Shown piece after piece: positions 10,912-26,020 of a stretch of DNA of 64,000 nucleotides. The stretch spans positions 124,001 to 188,000 of the forward strand of contig CAUPSL010000303.1 of the NCBI GenBank assembly GCA_963514005.1, read 5' to 3'. Source of the DNA: Raja brachyura (taxonomy: Eukaryota). Position 1 is the first letter of the stretch. The number at the start of each line of letters is the position of its first letter. The notes beneath the pieces were generated by a model that searched no databases, was not told the origin of the DNA, and saw only the letters and a list, made by a program, of their open reading frames with translations. The position numbers and the translations under genes were made by a program.

Positions 10912-11190
10912 GGTCGCCCCCGACTGTCCAGGTTGCGGTGAGTTTGCGAGTCCGGGGCGCATGCGAGGTTCACTCTGCTCCGCCCGCCCGCCTGCTTCAC
11001 CCGGCATCCCACGCTGATTGGTCGGTGCCGTGACCGCGACCACTCACAGTCCTGCCCGCCCGTGAGTTACCGGTCTCCGGGCAGAAGAGCCCCACGAAGC
11101 TGGTGAAAAATAGCCTGCTGGGGAGAGTGGAGCGCGGCAGGTTAGCTCATGAAAGCGAAATCGTGAAGTGTGTGAGAGAGATGGGACCCA
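10912..11190 (-). promoter_or_regulatory. Class I-type promoter, cassette 1: ISRE (11151-11160), S-like (11097-11103), X1-like (11070-11081), X2-like (11063-11069), Y-like (11040-11047), CCAAT (11017-11021), GC boxes
   Basis: Minus strand: TTTCGCTTTC ... CCAGCTT-N15-CCCGGAGACCGG-TAACTCA-N15-GTGAGTGG ... CCAATCAG ... GGGCGG repeats; order and spacing resemble MHC SXY promoters; no TATA box. Confidence 0.75.
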
Positions 11191-12386
11191 CCCACACAGA
11201 CCATGACACAGACCCTGACACACAGACCCCGACACACAGATCCTGACCCCGACACACAGACCCCGACACACAGACCCCGACATTTAGACCCCCAAACACA
11301 GACCCGCACACACAGACCCCGACACACAGATCCCCACACACAAACCCCCCACACACAGGCCCCGACACACAGACCCCGACACACAGACCCCGACACACAG
11401 ACCCCCACACACAGATCCTGACACACAGACCCCGACACACAGACCCCCACACACAGACCCCGACACACAGACCCCGACACACAGAGCCACACACACAGAC
11501 CCCGACACACAGACCCCGACATTCAGACCCCCACACACAGACCCGCACACACAGACCCCGACACACAGACCCCGACACACAGACCCCGACACACAGACCC
11601 CCACACACAGACTCCCACACACAGACCCCGACACACAGACCCGCACACACAGACCCCCCACACACAGACCCCGACACTCAGACACCGACACACAGACCCC
11701 GACACACAGACCCCGACACACAGACCCCGACACACAGACCCTGACACACAGACCCCGACACACAGACCCCCACACACAGACCCCGACACACAGACCCCGA
11801 CACACAGAGCCAAACACACAGACACCGACACACAGACCCAGACATTCAGACGCCCACACACAGACCCGCACACACAGACCCCGACACACAGACCCCCACA
11901 CACAGACCCCCCACACACAGACCCCGACACACAGACTCCGACACACAGACCCCGACACACAGACCCCGACACACAGACCCCGACACACAGACCCCGACAC
12001 ACAGACCCCGACACACAGACCCCGCCACACACAGACCCCGCCACACAGACCCCCACACACAGACCCCCCACACACTGACCCCGACACACAGACCCCGACA
12101 CAAAGACCCCCACACACACAGACCCCGACACACAGACCCCGACACACAGACCCCGACACACAGACCCCGACACACAGATCCCGACACACAGACCCCGACA
12201 GACAGACCCCGACACACAGACACCGACACACAGACCCGCACACACAGACCCGCACACACAGACCCCCACACACAGACCCCCCACACACAGACCCCGACAC
12301 ACAGAGCCACACACACAGACCCCGACACACAGACCCCGACACACAGACCCCGACACACAGACCCCGACACACAGACCCCGACACAC

Positions 12387-12720
12387 CGACCTGGGCTCCA
12401 GCCAGGAGGGCGGGCAGCAGCAGCAGCGGGCACAGCATGGTCGCCCCCGACTGTCCAGGTTGCGGTGAGTTTGCGAGTCCGGGGCGCATGCGAGGTTCAC
12501 TCTGCTCCGCCCGCCCGCCTGCTTCACCCGGCATCCCACGCTGATTGGTCGGTGCCGTGACCGCGACCACTCACAGTCCTGCCCGCCCGTGAGTCACCGG
12601 TCTCCGGGCAGAAGAGCCCCACTAAGCTGGTGAAAAATAGCCTGCTGGGGAGAGTGGAGCGCGGCAGGTTAGCTCATGAAAGCGAAATCGTGAAGTGTGT
12701 GAGAGAGATGGGACCCACCC
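12387..12720 (-). promoter_or_regulatory. Promoter + leader exon cassette 2 (leader 12387-12438)
   Basis: Near-identical to cassette 1; 4-Leu leader; X2 = TGACTCA. Confidence 0.9.
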
Positions 12721-15700
12721 ACACAGACCATGACACAGACCCTGACACACAGACCCCGACACACAGATCCTGACCCCGACACACAGACCCCGACACACAG
12801 ACCCCGACATTTAGACCCCCAAACACAGACCCGCACACACAGACCCCGACACACAGATCCCCACACACAAACCCCCCACACACAGGCCCCGACACACAGA
12901 CCCCGACACACAGACCCCGACACACAGACCCCCACACACAGATCCTGACACACAGACCCCGACACACAGACCCCCACACACAGACCCCGACACACAGACC
13001 CCGACACACAGAGCCACACACACAGACCCCGACACACAGATCCCGACACACAGACTCCCACACACAGACCCCGACACACAGACCCGCACACACAGACCCC
13101 CCACACACAGACCCCGACACTCAGACACCGACACACAGACCCCGACACACAGACCCCGACACACAGACCCCGACACACAGACCCTGACACACAGACACCG
13201 ACACACAGACCCCCACACACAGGCCCCGACACACAGACCCCGACACACAGAGCCAAACACACAGACCCCGACACACAGACCCAGACATTCAGACGCCCAC
13301 ACACAGACCCGCACACACAGACCCCGACACACAGACCCCCACACACAGACCCCCCACACACAGACCCCGACACACAGACTCCGACACACAGACCCCGACA
13401 CACAGACCCCCACACACAGACCCCGACACACAGACCCCGACACACAGACCCCGACACACAGACCCCGCCACACACAGACCCCGCCACACAGACCCCCACA
13501 CACAGACCCCCCACACACTGACCCCGACACACAGACCCCGACACACAGACCCCCACACACACAGACCCCGACACACAGACCCCGACACACAGACCCCGAC
13601 ACACAGACCCCGACACACAGATCCCGACACACAGACCCCGACACACAGACCCCGACACACAGACCCCGACACACAGACCCCGACACACAGACCCCGACAC
13701 ACAGACCCGCACACACAGACCCGCACACACAGACCCCCACACACAGACCCCCCACACACAGACCCCGACACACAGACCCCGACACACCTACCCCGACACA
13801 CAGACCCCGACACACAGATCCCGACACACAGACCCCGACACACAGACCCCGACACACAGACCCCCACAAACAGACCCCGACACACATACCCCCACACACA
13901 GACCCCGACACACAGACCCCGACACACAGACCCCGACACACAGACCCCGACACACAGACCCCGACACACAGACCCCGACACACAGAGCCAAACACACAGA
14001 CCCCGACACACAGACCCCGACACACAGACCCCGCCACACACAGACCCCGCCACACAGACCCCCACACACAGACCCCCCACACACTGACCCAGACACACAG
14101 ACCCCGACACACAGACCCCCACACACACAGACCCCGACACACAGACCCCGACACACAGACCCCGACACACAGACCCCGACACACAGATCCCGACACACAG
14201 ACCCCGACACACAGACCCCGACACACAGACCCCGACACACAGACCCCGACACACAGACCCCGACACACAGACCCGCACACACAGACCCGCACACACAGAC
14301 CCCCACACACAGACCCCCCACACACAGACCCCGACACACAGAGCCACACACGCAGACCCCGACACACAGACCCCGACACACAGATCCCGACACACAGACC
14401 CCGACACACAGACCCCGACACACAGACCCCCACAAACAGACCCCGACACACATACCCCCACACACAGACCCCGACACACAGACCCCGACACACAGACCCC
14501 GACACACAGACCCCGACACACAGACCCCGACACACAGACCCCGACACACAGACCCCGACACACAGACCCCGACACACAGACCCCGACACACAGACCCCGA
14601 CATACAGACCCACCCACACAGACCCCGACACACAGACCCCGACACACAGACCCCGACACACAGACCCCGAAACACAGACCCCGACACGCAGACCCCGACA
14701 CGCAGACCCCCACACACAGACCCCGACACACAGACCCCGTCACACAGACCCCGACACACAGACCCCGACACGCAGACTCCGACACACAGACCCCCACACA
14801 CAGACCCCGACACACAGACCCACCCACACAGACCTCGACACACAGATCCCGACACACAGACCCCGACACACAGACCCCGACACACAGACCCCGACACACA
14901 GACCCCGACACACAGACCCCGACACACAGACCCCGACACACACAGACCCCGACGCACATACCCTGACACGCGGACCCCGACACACAGACCCCGACACACA
15001 GACCCGACACACAGACCCCGACACACAGACCCCGACACACACAGACCCCGACACACAGACACCGACACACAGACCCCGACACACAGACCCCGACACACAC
15101 AGACCCCGACACACAGACCCTGCCACGCGGACCCCGACACACAGACCCCGACACACAGACCCCGAAACACAGACCCCGACACGCAGACCCCGACACGCAG
15201 ACCCCGACACGCAGACCCCCACACACAGACCCCGACACACAGACCCCGACACACAGACCCCGACACACAGACTCCGACACACAGACTCCGACACACAGAC
15301 CCCCACACACAGACCCCGACACACAGACCCACCCACACAGACCTCGACACACAGATCCCGACACACAGACCCCGACACACAGACCCCGACACACAGACCC
15401 CGACACACAGACCCCGACACACACAGACCCCGACACACAGACACCGACACACAGACCCCGACACACAGACCCCGACACACACAGACCCCGACACACAGAC
15501 CCTGCCACGCGGACCCCGACACACAGACCACGACACACAGACCCCGACACACAGACCACGACACACAGACCCCGACACACAGACCCCGACACACAGACCC
15601 CGACACACAGACCCTGACACATAGACCCCGACACACACCCTGGCACAGAGTCTGACACACAGCGTCTGACACGGACCCTGAGACAGACGCTGATACAGAC

Positions 15701-16201
15701 CCCGACACACAGAGCCAAACACACAGACCCCGACACACAGGCCCAGACATTCAGACGCCCACACACAGACCCGCACACACAGACCCCGACACACAGACCC
15801 CCACATACAGACCCCCGACACACAGACCCCGACACACAGACTCCGACACACAGACCCCGACACACAGAAGCCGACACACAGACCCCGACACACAGACCCC
15901 GACACACAGACCCCGACACACAGACCCGCACACACAGACCCCGCCACACAGACCCCGACAAACAGACCCCGACACACAGACCCCGACACACAGACCCCGA
16001 CACACAGACCGCGACACACAGACCACGACACACAGACCCCGACACACAGACCCACCCACACAGACCCCGACACGCAGACCCCGACACACAGACCCCCACA
16101 CACAGACCCCGACACACAGACCCCGACACACAGACCCCGACACACAGACCCCGACACACAGACCCCCACACACAGACCCCGACACACAGACCCCGACACA
16201 C

Positions 16202-16535
16202 CGACCTGGGCTCCAGCCAGGAGGGCGGGCAGCAGCAGCAGCGGGCACAGCATGGTCGCCCCCGACTGTCCAGGTTGCGGTGAGTTTGCGAGTCCGGGGC
16301 GCATGCGAGGTTCACTCTGCTCCGCCCGCCCGCCTGCTTCACCCGGCATCCCACGCTGATTGGTCGGTGCCGTGACCGCGACCACTCGCAGTCCTGCCCG
16401 CCCGTGAGTCACCGGTCCCCGGGTAGAAGAGCCCCACGAAGCTGGTGAAAAATAGCCTGCTGGGGAGAGTGGAGCGCGGCAGGTTAGCTCATGAAAGCGA
16501 AATCGTGAAGTGTGTGAGAGAGATGGGACCCACCC
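16202..16535 (-). promoter_or_regulatory. Promoter + leader exon cassette 3 (leader 16202-16253)
   Basis: Near-identical copy; X1 variant CCCGGGGACCGG; Y-like GCGAGTGG. Confidence 0.9.
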
Positions 16536-19500
16536 ACACAGACCATGACACAGACCCTGACACACAGACCCCGACACACAGATCCTGACCCCGACACACA
16601 GACCCCGACACACAGACCCCGACATTTAGACCCCCACACACAGACCCGCACACACAGACCCCGACACACAGACCCGCACACACAGACCCCCCACACGCAG
16701 GCCCCGACACAGAGACCCCGACACACAGACCCCGACACACAGACCCCCACACACAGACCCTGACACACAGACCCCGACACACAGACCCCCACACACAGAC
16801 CCCGACACACAGACCCCGACAAACAGAGCCACACACACAGACCCCGACACACAGACCCCGACATTCAGACACCCACACACAGACCCGCACACACAGACCC
16901 CGACACACAGACCCCGACACACAGACCCCGACACACAGACCCCCACACACAGACCCCCACACACAGACCCCGACACACAGACCCGCACACACACCCCCCA
17001 CACACAGACCCCGACACACAGACCCCGACACACAGACCCCCACACACACAGACCCCGACACACAGACCCCGACACACAGACCCCGACACACAGATCCTGA
17101 CCCCGACACACAGACCCCGACACACAGACCCCGACATTTAGACCCCCACACACAGACCCGCACACACAGAACCCGACACACAGACCCCCACACACAGACC
17201 CCCCACACACAGGCCCCGAAACACAGACCCCGACACACAGACCCCGACACACAGACCCCCACACACAGACCCTGACACACAGACCCCGACACACAGACCC
17301 CCACACACAGACCCCGACACACAGACCCCGACACACAGCCACACACACAGACCCCGACACACAGACCCCGACATTCAGACCCCCACACACAGACCCGCAC
17401 ACACAGACCCCGACACACAGACCCCGACACACCTACCCCGACACACAGACCCCCACACACAGACTCCCACGCACAGACCCCGACACACAGACCCGCACAC
17501 ACTGACCCCCCACACACAGACCCCGACACACAGACCCCGACACACAGACCCCCACACACACAGACCCCGACACACAGACCCCGACACACAGACCCCGACA
17601 CACAGACCCCGACACACAGACCCCGACACACAGACGCTGACACACAGACCCCGACACACAGACCCCCACACACAGACCCCGACACACAGACCCCGACACA
17701 CAGAGCCAAAAACACAGACACCGACACACAGACTCCGACACACAGACCCCCACACACAGACCCCGACACACAGACCCACCCACACAGACCTCGACACACA
17801 GATCCCGACACACAGACCCCGACACACGGACCCCGACACACAGACCCCGACACACAGACCCCGACACACAGACCCCGACACAGACCCCGACACACACAGA
17901 CCCCGACACACATACCCTGACACGCGGACCCCGACACACAGACCCCGACACACAGACCCGACACACAGACCCCGACACACAGACCCCGACACACACAGAC
18001 CCCGACACACAGACACCGACACACAGACCCCGACACACAGACCCCGACACACACAGACCCCGACACACAGACCCTGCCACGCGGACCCCGACACACAGAC
18101 CCTGACACACAGACCCCGACACACAGACCCCGAAACACAGACCCCGACACGCAGACCCAGACACGCAGACACCCACACACAGACCCCGACACACAGACCC
18201 CGACACACAGACCCCGACACACAGACTCCGACACACAGACTCCGACACACAGACCCCCACACACAGACCCCGACACACAGACCCACCCACACAGACCTCG
18301 ACACACAGATCCCGACACACAGACCCCGACACACAGACCCCGACACACAGACCCCGACACACTGACCCCGACACACACAGACACCGACACACAGACCCCG
18401 ACACACAGACCCCGACACACACAGACCCCGACACCCAGACCCTGCCATGCGGACCCCGACACACAGACCACGACACACAGACCCCGACACACAGACCACG
18501 ACACACAGACCCCGACACACAGACCTCGACACACAGACCCCGACACACAGACCCTGACACATAGACCCCGACACACACCCTGGCACAGAGTCTGACACAC
18601 AGCGTCTGACACGGACCCTGAGACAGACGCTGATACAGACCCCGACACACAGAGCCAAACACACAGACCCCGACACACAGGCCCAGACATTCAGACGCCC
18701 ACACACAGACCCGCACACACAGACCCCGACACACAGACCCCCACACACAGACCCCCCACACACAGACCCCGACACACAGAGTCCGACACACAGACCCCGA
18801 CACACAGACCCCGACACACAGACCCCGACACACAGACCCCGACACACAGACCCCCACACACAGACCCGCACACACAGACCCCGCCACACAGACCCCGACA
18901 CACAGACCACGACACACAGACCCCGACACACACCCTGGCACAGAGTCTGACACACAGCGTCTGACACGGACCCTGAGACAGACGCTGATACAGACCCCGA
19001 CACACAGAGCCAAACACACAGACCCCGACACACAGGCCCAGACATTCAGACGCCCACACACAGACCCGCACACACAGACCCCGACACACAGACCCCCACA
19101 CACAGACCCCCCACACACAGACCCCGACACACAGACTCCGACACACAGACCCCGACACACAGACCCCCACACACACACCCCGACACACAGACCCCCACAC
19201 ACAGACCCGCACACACAGACCCCGCCACACAGACCCCCACACACAGACCCCCCACACACTGACCCCGCACACAGACCCCGACACACAGACCCCGACACAC
19301 ACAGACCCCGACACACAGACCCCGACACACAGACCCCGACACACAGACCCCGACACACAGATCCCGACACACAGACCCTGACACACAGACCCCGACACAC
19401 AGACCCCGACACACAGACCCCGACACACAGACCCCGACAAACAGACCACGACACACAGACCCCGACACACAGACCCCGACACACAGACCCCGACACACAG

Positions 19501-19778
19501 ACCACGACACACAGACCCCGACACACAGACCCACCCACACAGACCCCGACACGCAGACCCCGACACACAGACCCCCACACACAGACCCCGACACACAGAC
19601 CCCGACACACAGACCCCGACACACAGACCCCGACACACAGACCCCCACACACAGACCCCCACACACAGACCCACCCACACAGACCTCGACACACAGACAC
19701 CGACACACAGACCCCGACACACAGACCCCGACACACAGACCCCGACACACAGACCCCGACACACAGACCCCGACACAC

Positions 19779-20112
19779 CGACCTGGGCTCCAGCCAGGAG
19801 GGCGGGCAGCAGCAGCAGCGGGCACAGCATGGTCGCCCCCGACTGTCCAGGTTGCGGTGAGTTTGCGAGTCCGGGGCGCATGCGAGGTTCACTCTGCTCC
19901 GCCCGCCCGCCTGCTTCACCCCGCATCCCACGCTGATTGGTCGGTGCCGTGACCGCGACCACTCACAGTCCTGCCCGCCCGTGAGTCACCGTTCCCCGGG
20001 TAGAAGAGCCCCACGAAGCTGGTGAAAAATAGCCTGCTGGGGAGAATGGAGCGCGGCAGGTTAGCTCATGAAAGCGAAATCGTGAAGTGTGTGAGAGAGA
20101 TGGGACCCACCC
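19779..20112 (-). promoter_or_regulatory. Promoter + leader exon cassette 4 (leader 19779-19830)
   Basis: Near-identical copy; X1 variant CCCGGGGAACGG. Confidence 0.9.
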
Positions 20113-22433
20113 ACACAGACCATGACACAGACCCTGACACACAGATCCCGACACGCAGATCCTGACCCCGACACACAGACCCCGACACACAGACCCCGAC
20201 ATTTAGACCCCCACACACAGACCCGCACACACAGACCCCGACACACAGACCCGCACACACAGACCCCCCACACACAGGCCCCGACACAGAGACCCCGACA
20301 CACAGACCCCGACACACAGACCCCCACACACAGACCCTGACACACAGACCCCGACACACAGACCCCCACACACAGACCCCGACACATAGACCCCGACAAA
20401 CAGAGCCACACACACAGACCCCGACACACAGACCCCGACATTCAGACACCCACACACAGACCCGCACACACAGACCCCGACACACAGACCCCGACACACA
20501 GACCCCGACACACAGACCCCCACAAACAGACCCCCACACACAGACCCCGACACACAGACCCGCACACACACCCCCCACACACAGACCCCGACACACAGAC
20601 CCCGACACACAGACCCCCACACACACAGACCCCGACACACAGACCCCGACACACAGACCCCGACACTCAGATCCTGACCCCGACACACAGACCCCGACAC
20701 ACAGACCCCCACACACACAGACCCCGACACACAGACCCCGACATTTAGACCCCCACACACAGACCCGCACACACAGACCCCGACACACAGACCCCCACAC
20801 ACAGACCCCCCACACACAGGCCCCGACACACAGACCCGGACACACAGACCCCGACACACAGACCCCCACACACAGACCCTGACACACAGACCCCGACACA
20901 CAGACCCCCACACACAGACCCCCACACACAGACCCCGACACACAGACCCCGACACACAGCCACACACACAGACCCCGACACACAGACCCCGACTTTCAGA
21001 CACCCACACACAGACCCGCACACACAGACCCCGACACACAGACCCCGACACACCTACCCCGACACACAGACCCCCACACACAGACTCCCACGCACAGACC
21101 CCGACACACAGACCCGCACACACAGACACCCCACACACAGACCCCGACACACAGACCCCGACACACAGACCCCCACACACACAGACCCCGACACACAGAC
21201 CCCGACACACAGACCCCGACACACAGGCCCCGACACACAGACCCTGACACACAGACCCCGACACACAGACCCCCACACACAGACCCCGACACACAGACCA
21301 CGACACACAGAGCCAAAAACACAGACCCCGACACACAGACCCCGACATTCAGACGCCCACACACAGACCCGCACACACAGACCCCGACACACAGACCCAA
21401 ACACACAGACCCCCCACACACAGACCCCGACACACAGACTCCGACACACAGACCCCGACACACAGACCCCGACACACAGACCCCGACACACAGACCCCCA
21501 CACACAGACCCGTACACACAGACCCCGCCACACAGACCCCCACACACAGACCCCCCACACACTGCCCCGACACACAGACCCCGACACACAGACCCCCACA
21601 CACACAGACCCCGACACACAGACGCCGACACACAGACCCCGACACACAGACCCCGACACACAGACCCCCACACACAGACCCGCACACACAGACCCCGCCA
21701 CACAGACCCCCACACACAGACCCCCCACACACTGCCCCGACACACAGACCCCGACACACAGACCCCCACACACACAGACCCCGACACACAGACGCCGACA
21801 CACAGACCCCGACACACAGACCCCGACACACAGATCCCGACACACAGACCCTGACACACAGACCCCGACACACAGACCCCCACACACAGACCCCGACACA
21901 CAGACCCCGACACACAGACCCCGACACACAGACCCCGACACACAGACCCCGACACACAGACCCCGACACACAGACCCCGACACACAGACCACGACACACA
22001 GACCCCGACACACAGACCCACCCACACAGACCCCGACACACAGACCCCGACACACAGACCCCGACACACAGACCCCGACACACAGACCCCGACACACAGA
22101 CCCCGACACACAGACCCCGACACACAGACCCCGACACACAGACCCCGACACACAGACCACGACACACAGACCCCGACACACAGACCCACCCACACAGACC
22201 CCGACACGCAGACCCCGACACGCAGACCCCCACACACAGACCCCGACACACAGACCCCGACACACAGACCCCGACACACAGACCCCGACACTCAGACCCC
22301 CACACACAGACCCCGACACACAGACCCACCCACACAGACCTCGACACACAGACCCCGACACACAGACCCCGACACACAGACCCCGACACACAGACCCCGA
22401 CACACAGACCCCGACACACAGACCCCGACACAC

Positions 22434-22767
22434 CGACCTGGGCTCCAGCCAGGAGGGCGGGCAGCAGCAGCAGCGGGCACAGCATGGTCGCCCCCGACTG
22501 TCCAGGTTGCGGTGAGTTTGCGAGTCCGGGGCGCATGCGAGGTTCACTCTGCTCCGCCCGCCCGCCTGCTTCACCCCGCATCCCACGCTGATTGGTCGGT
22601 GCCGTGACCGCGACCACTCACAGTCCTGCCCGCCCGTGAGTCACCGGTCCCCGGGTAGAAGAGCCCCACGAAGCTGGTGAAAAATAGCCTGCTGGGGAGA
22701 GTGGAGCGCGGCAGGTTAGCTCATGAAAGCGAAATCGTGAAGTGTGTGAGAGAGATGGGACCCACCC
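22434..22767 (-). promoter_or_regulatory. Promoter + leader exon cassette 5 (leader 22434-22485)
   Basis: Near-identical copy; intact leader. Confidence 0.9.
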
Positions 22768-25686
22768 ACACAGACCATGACACAGACCCTGACACACAGA
22801 TCCCGACACACAGATCCTGACCCCGACACACAGACCCCGATACACAGACCCCGACATTTAGACCCCCACACACAGACCCGCACACACAGACCCCGACACA
22901 CAGACCCGCACACACAGACCCCCCACACACAGGCCCTGACACAGAGACCCCGACACACAGACCCCGACACACAGACCCCCACACACAGACCCTGACACAC
23001 AGACCCGGACACACAGACCCCCACACACAGACCCCGACACACAGACCCTGACAAACAGAGCCACACACACAGACCCCGACACACAGACCCCGACATTCAG
23101 ACACCCACACACAGACCCGCACACAGACCCCGACACACAGACCCCGACACACAGACCCCGACACACAGACCCCGACACACAGACCCCCACACACAGACCA
23201 CGACACACAAACCCGCACACACACCCCCCACACACAGACCCCGACACACAGACCCCGACACACAGACCCCCACACACACAGACCCCGACACACAGACCCC
23301 GACACACAGACCCCCACACACAGACCCCGACACACAGACCCCGACACACAGCCACACACACAGACCCCGACACACAGACCCCGACATTCAGACCCCCACA
23401 CACAGACCCGCACACACAGACCCCGACACACAGACCCCGACACACCTACCCCGACACACAGACCCCCACACACAGACTCCCACGCACAGACCCCGACACA
23501 CAGACCCGCACACACAGACCCCCCACACACAGACCCCGACACACAGACCCCGACACACAGACCCCCACACACACAGACCCCGACACACAGACCCCGACAC
23601 ACAGACCCCGACACACAGACCCCGACACACAGACCCCGACACACAGACCCTGACACACAGACCCCGACACACAGACCCCCACACACAGACCCCGACACAC
23701 AGACCACGACACACAGAGCCAAAAACACAGACCCCGACACACAGACCCAGACATTCAGACGCCCACACACAGACCCGCACACACAGACCCCGACACACAA
23801 ACCCCCACACACAGACCCCCCACACACAGACCCCGACACACAGACTCCGACACACAGACCCCGACACACAGACCCCGACACACAGACCCCGACACACAGA
23901 CCCCGACACACAGACCCCCACACACAGACCCGCACACACAGACCCCGCCACACAGACCCCCACACACAGACCCCCCACACACTGCCCCGACACACAGACC
24001 CCGACACACAGACCCCCACACACACAGACCCCGACACACAGACGCCGACACACAGACCCCGACACACAGACCCCGACACACAGATCCCGACACACAGACC
24101 CTGACACACAGACCCCGACACACAGACCCCCACACACAGACCCCGACACACAGACCCCGACACACAGACCCCGACACACAGACCCCGACACACAGACCCC
24201 GACACACAGACCCCGACACACAGACCCCGACACACAGACCCCGACACACAGACCCCGACACACAGACCCCGACACACAGACCACGACACGCAGACCCCGA
24301 CACACAGATCCACCCACACAGACCCCGACACACAGACCCCGACACACAGACCCCGACACACAGACCCCGAAACGCAGACCCCGACACGCAGACCCCGACA
24401 CACAGACCCCGACACACAGACCCCGACACACAGACCCCGACACACAGACCACGACACACAGACCCCGACACACAGACCCACCCACACAGACCCCGACACA
24501 CAGACCCCGACACACAGACCCCGAAACACAGACGCCGGCACGCAGACCCCGACACGCAGACCCCGACACGCAGACCCCCACACACAGACCCCGACACACA
24601 GACCCCGACACACAGACCCCGACACACAGACCCCGACACACAGACCCCGACACACAGACCCCCACACACAGACCCCGACACACAGACCCACCCACACAGA
24701 CCCCGACACACAGACCCCGACACACAGACCCCGACACACAGACCCCGACACACAGACCCCGACACACAGACCCCGACACACAGACCCCGACACACAGACC
24801 ACGACACACAGACCCCGACACACAGACCCACCCACACAGATCCCGACACACAGACCCCGACACACAGACCCCGACACACAGACCCCGACACACAGACCCC
24901 GACACACAGACCCCGACACACACAGACCCCGACACACAGACCCCGACACGCGGACCCCGACACACAGACCCCGACACACAGACCCCGAAACACAGACCCC
25001 GACACACAGACCCCGACACACAGACCCCGACACACACAGACCCCGACACACAGACCCTGCCACGCGGACCCCGACACACAGTCCACGACACACAGACCCC
25101 GACACACAGACCACGACACACAGACACCGACACACAGACCCCGACACACAGACCCCGACACACAGACCCCGACACACAGACCCTGACACATAGACCCCGA
25201 CACACCCTGGCACAGAGTCTGACACACAGCGTCTGGCACGGACCCTGAGACAGACCCTGACACAGACGCTGATACAGACCCCGACACACAGAGCCAAACA
25301 CACAGACCCCGACACACAGGCCCAGACATTCAGACGCCCACACACAGACCCGCACACACAGACCCCGACACACAGACCCCCACACACAGACCCCCCACAC
25401 ACAGACCCCGATACACAGACTCCGACACACAGACCCCGACACACAGACCCCGACACACAGACCCCAACACACAGATCCCGACACACAGACCCCCCCACAC
25501 AGACCCGCACACACAGACCCCGCCACACAGACCCTCACACACAGACCCCCCACACACTGACCCCGACACACAGACCCCGACACACAGACCCCCACACACA
25601 CAGACCCCGACACACAGACCCCGACACACAGACCCCGACACACAGACCCCCGACACACAGACCCCGACACACAGACCCCGACACAC

Positions 25687-26020
25687 CGACCTGGGCTCCA
25701 GCCAGGAGGGCGGGCAGCAGCAGCAGCGGGCACAGCATGGTCGCCCCCGACTGTCCAGGTTGCGGTGAGTTTGCGAGTCCGGGGCGCATGCGAGGTTCAC
25801 TCTGCTCCGCCCGCCCGCCTGCTTCACCCGGCATCCCACGCTGATTGGTCGGTGCCGTGACCGCGACCACTCGCAGTCCTGCCCGCCCGTGAGTCACCGG
25901 TCCCCGGGTAGAAGAGCCCCACGAAGCTGGTGAAAAATAGCCTGCTGGGGAGAGTGGAGCGCGGCAGGTTAGCTCATGAAAGCGAAATCGTGAAGTGTGT
26001 GAGAGAGATGGGACCCACCC
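25687..26020 (-). promoter_or_regulatory. Promoter + leader exon cassette 6 (leader 25687-25738)
   Basis: Shares its diagnostic variants with cassette 3. Confidence 0.9.

Noticed and set aside
8610-11012. 800-aa ORF running from cassette 1 through the repeat into the alpha3 domain
   Set aside because: Non-ATG start, different frame from the leader, and it crosses clear splice sites; a coincidental open frame.
10912-11043. N-terminal extension from upstream in-frame starts (MPGEAGG.../MRPGLANS...)
   Set aside because: These overlap the CCAAT and GC-box promoter region and have weaker context than GCGACCATG, which directly begins the signal peptide.
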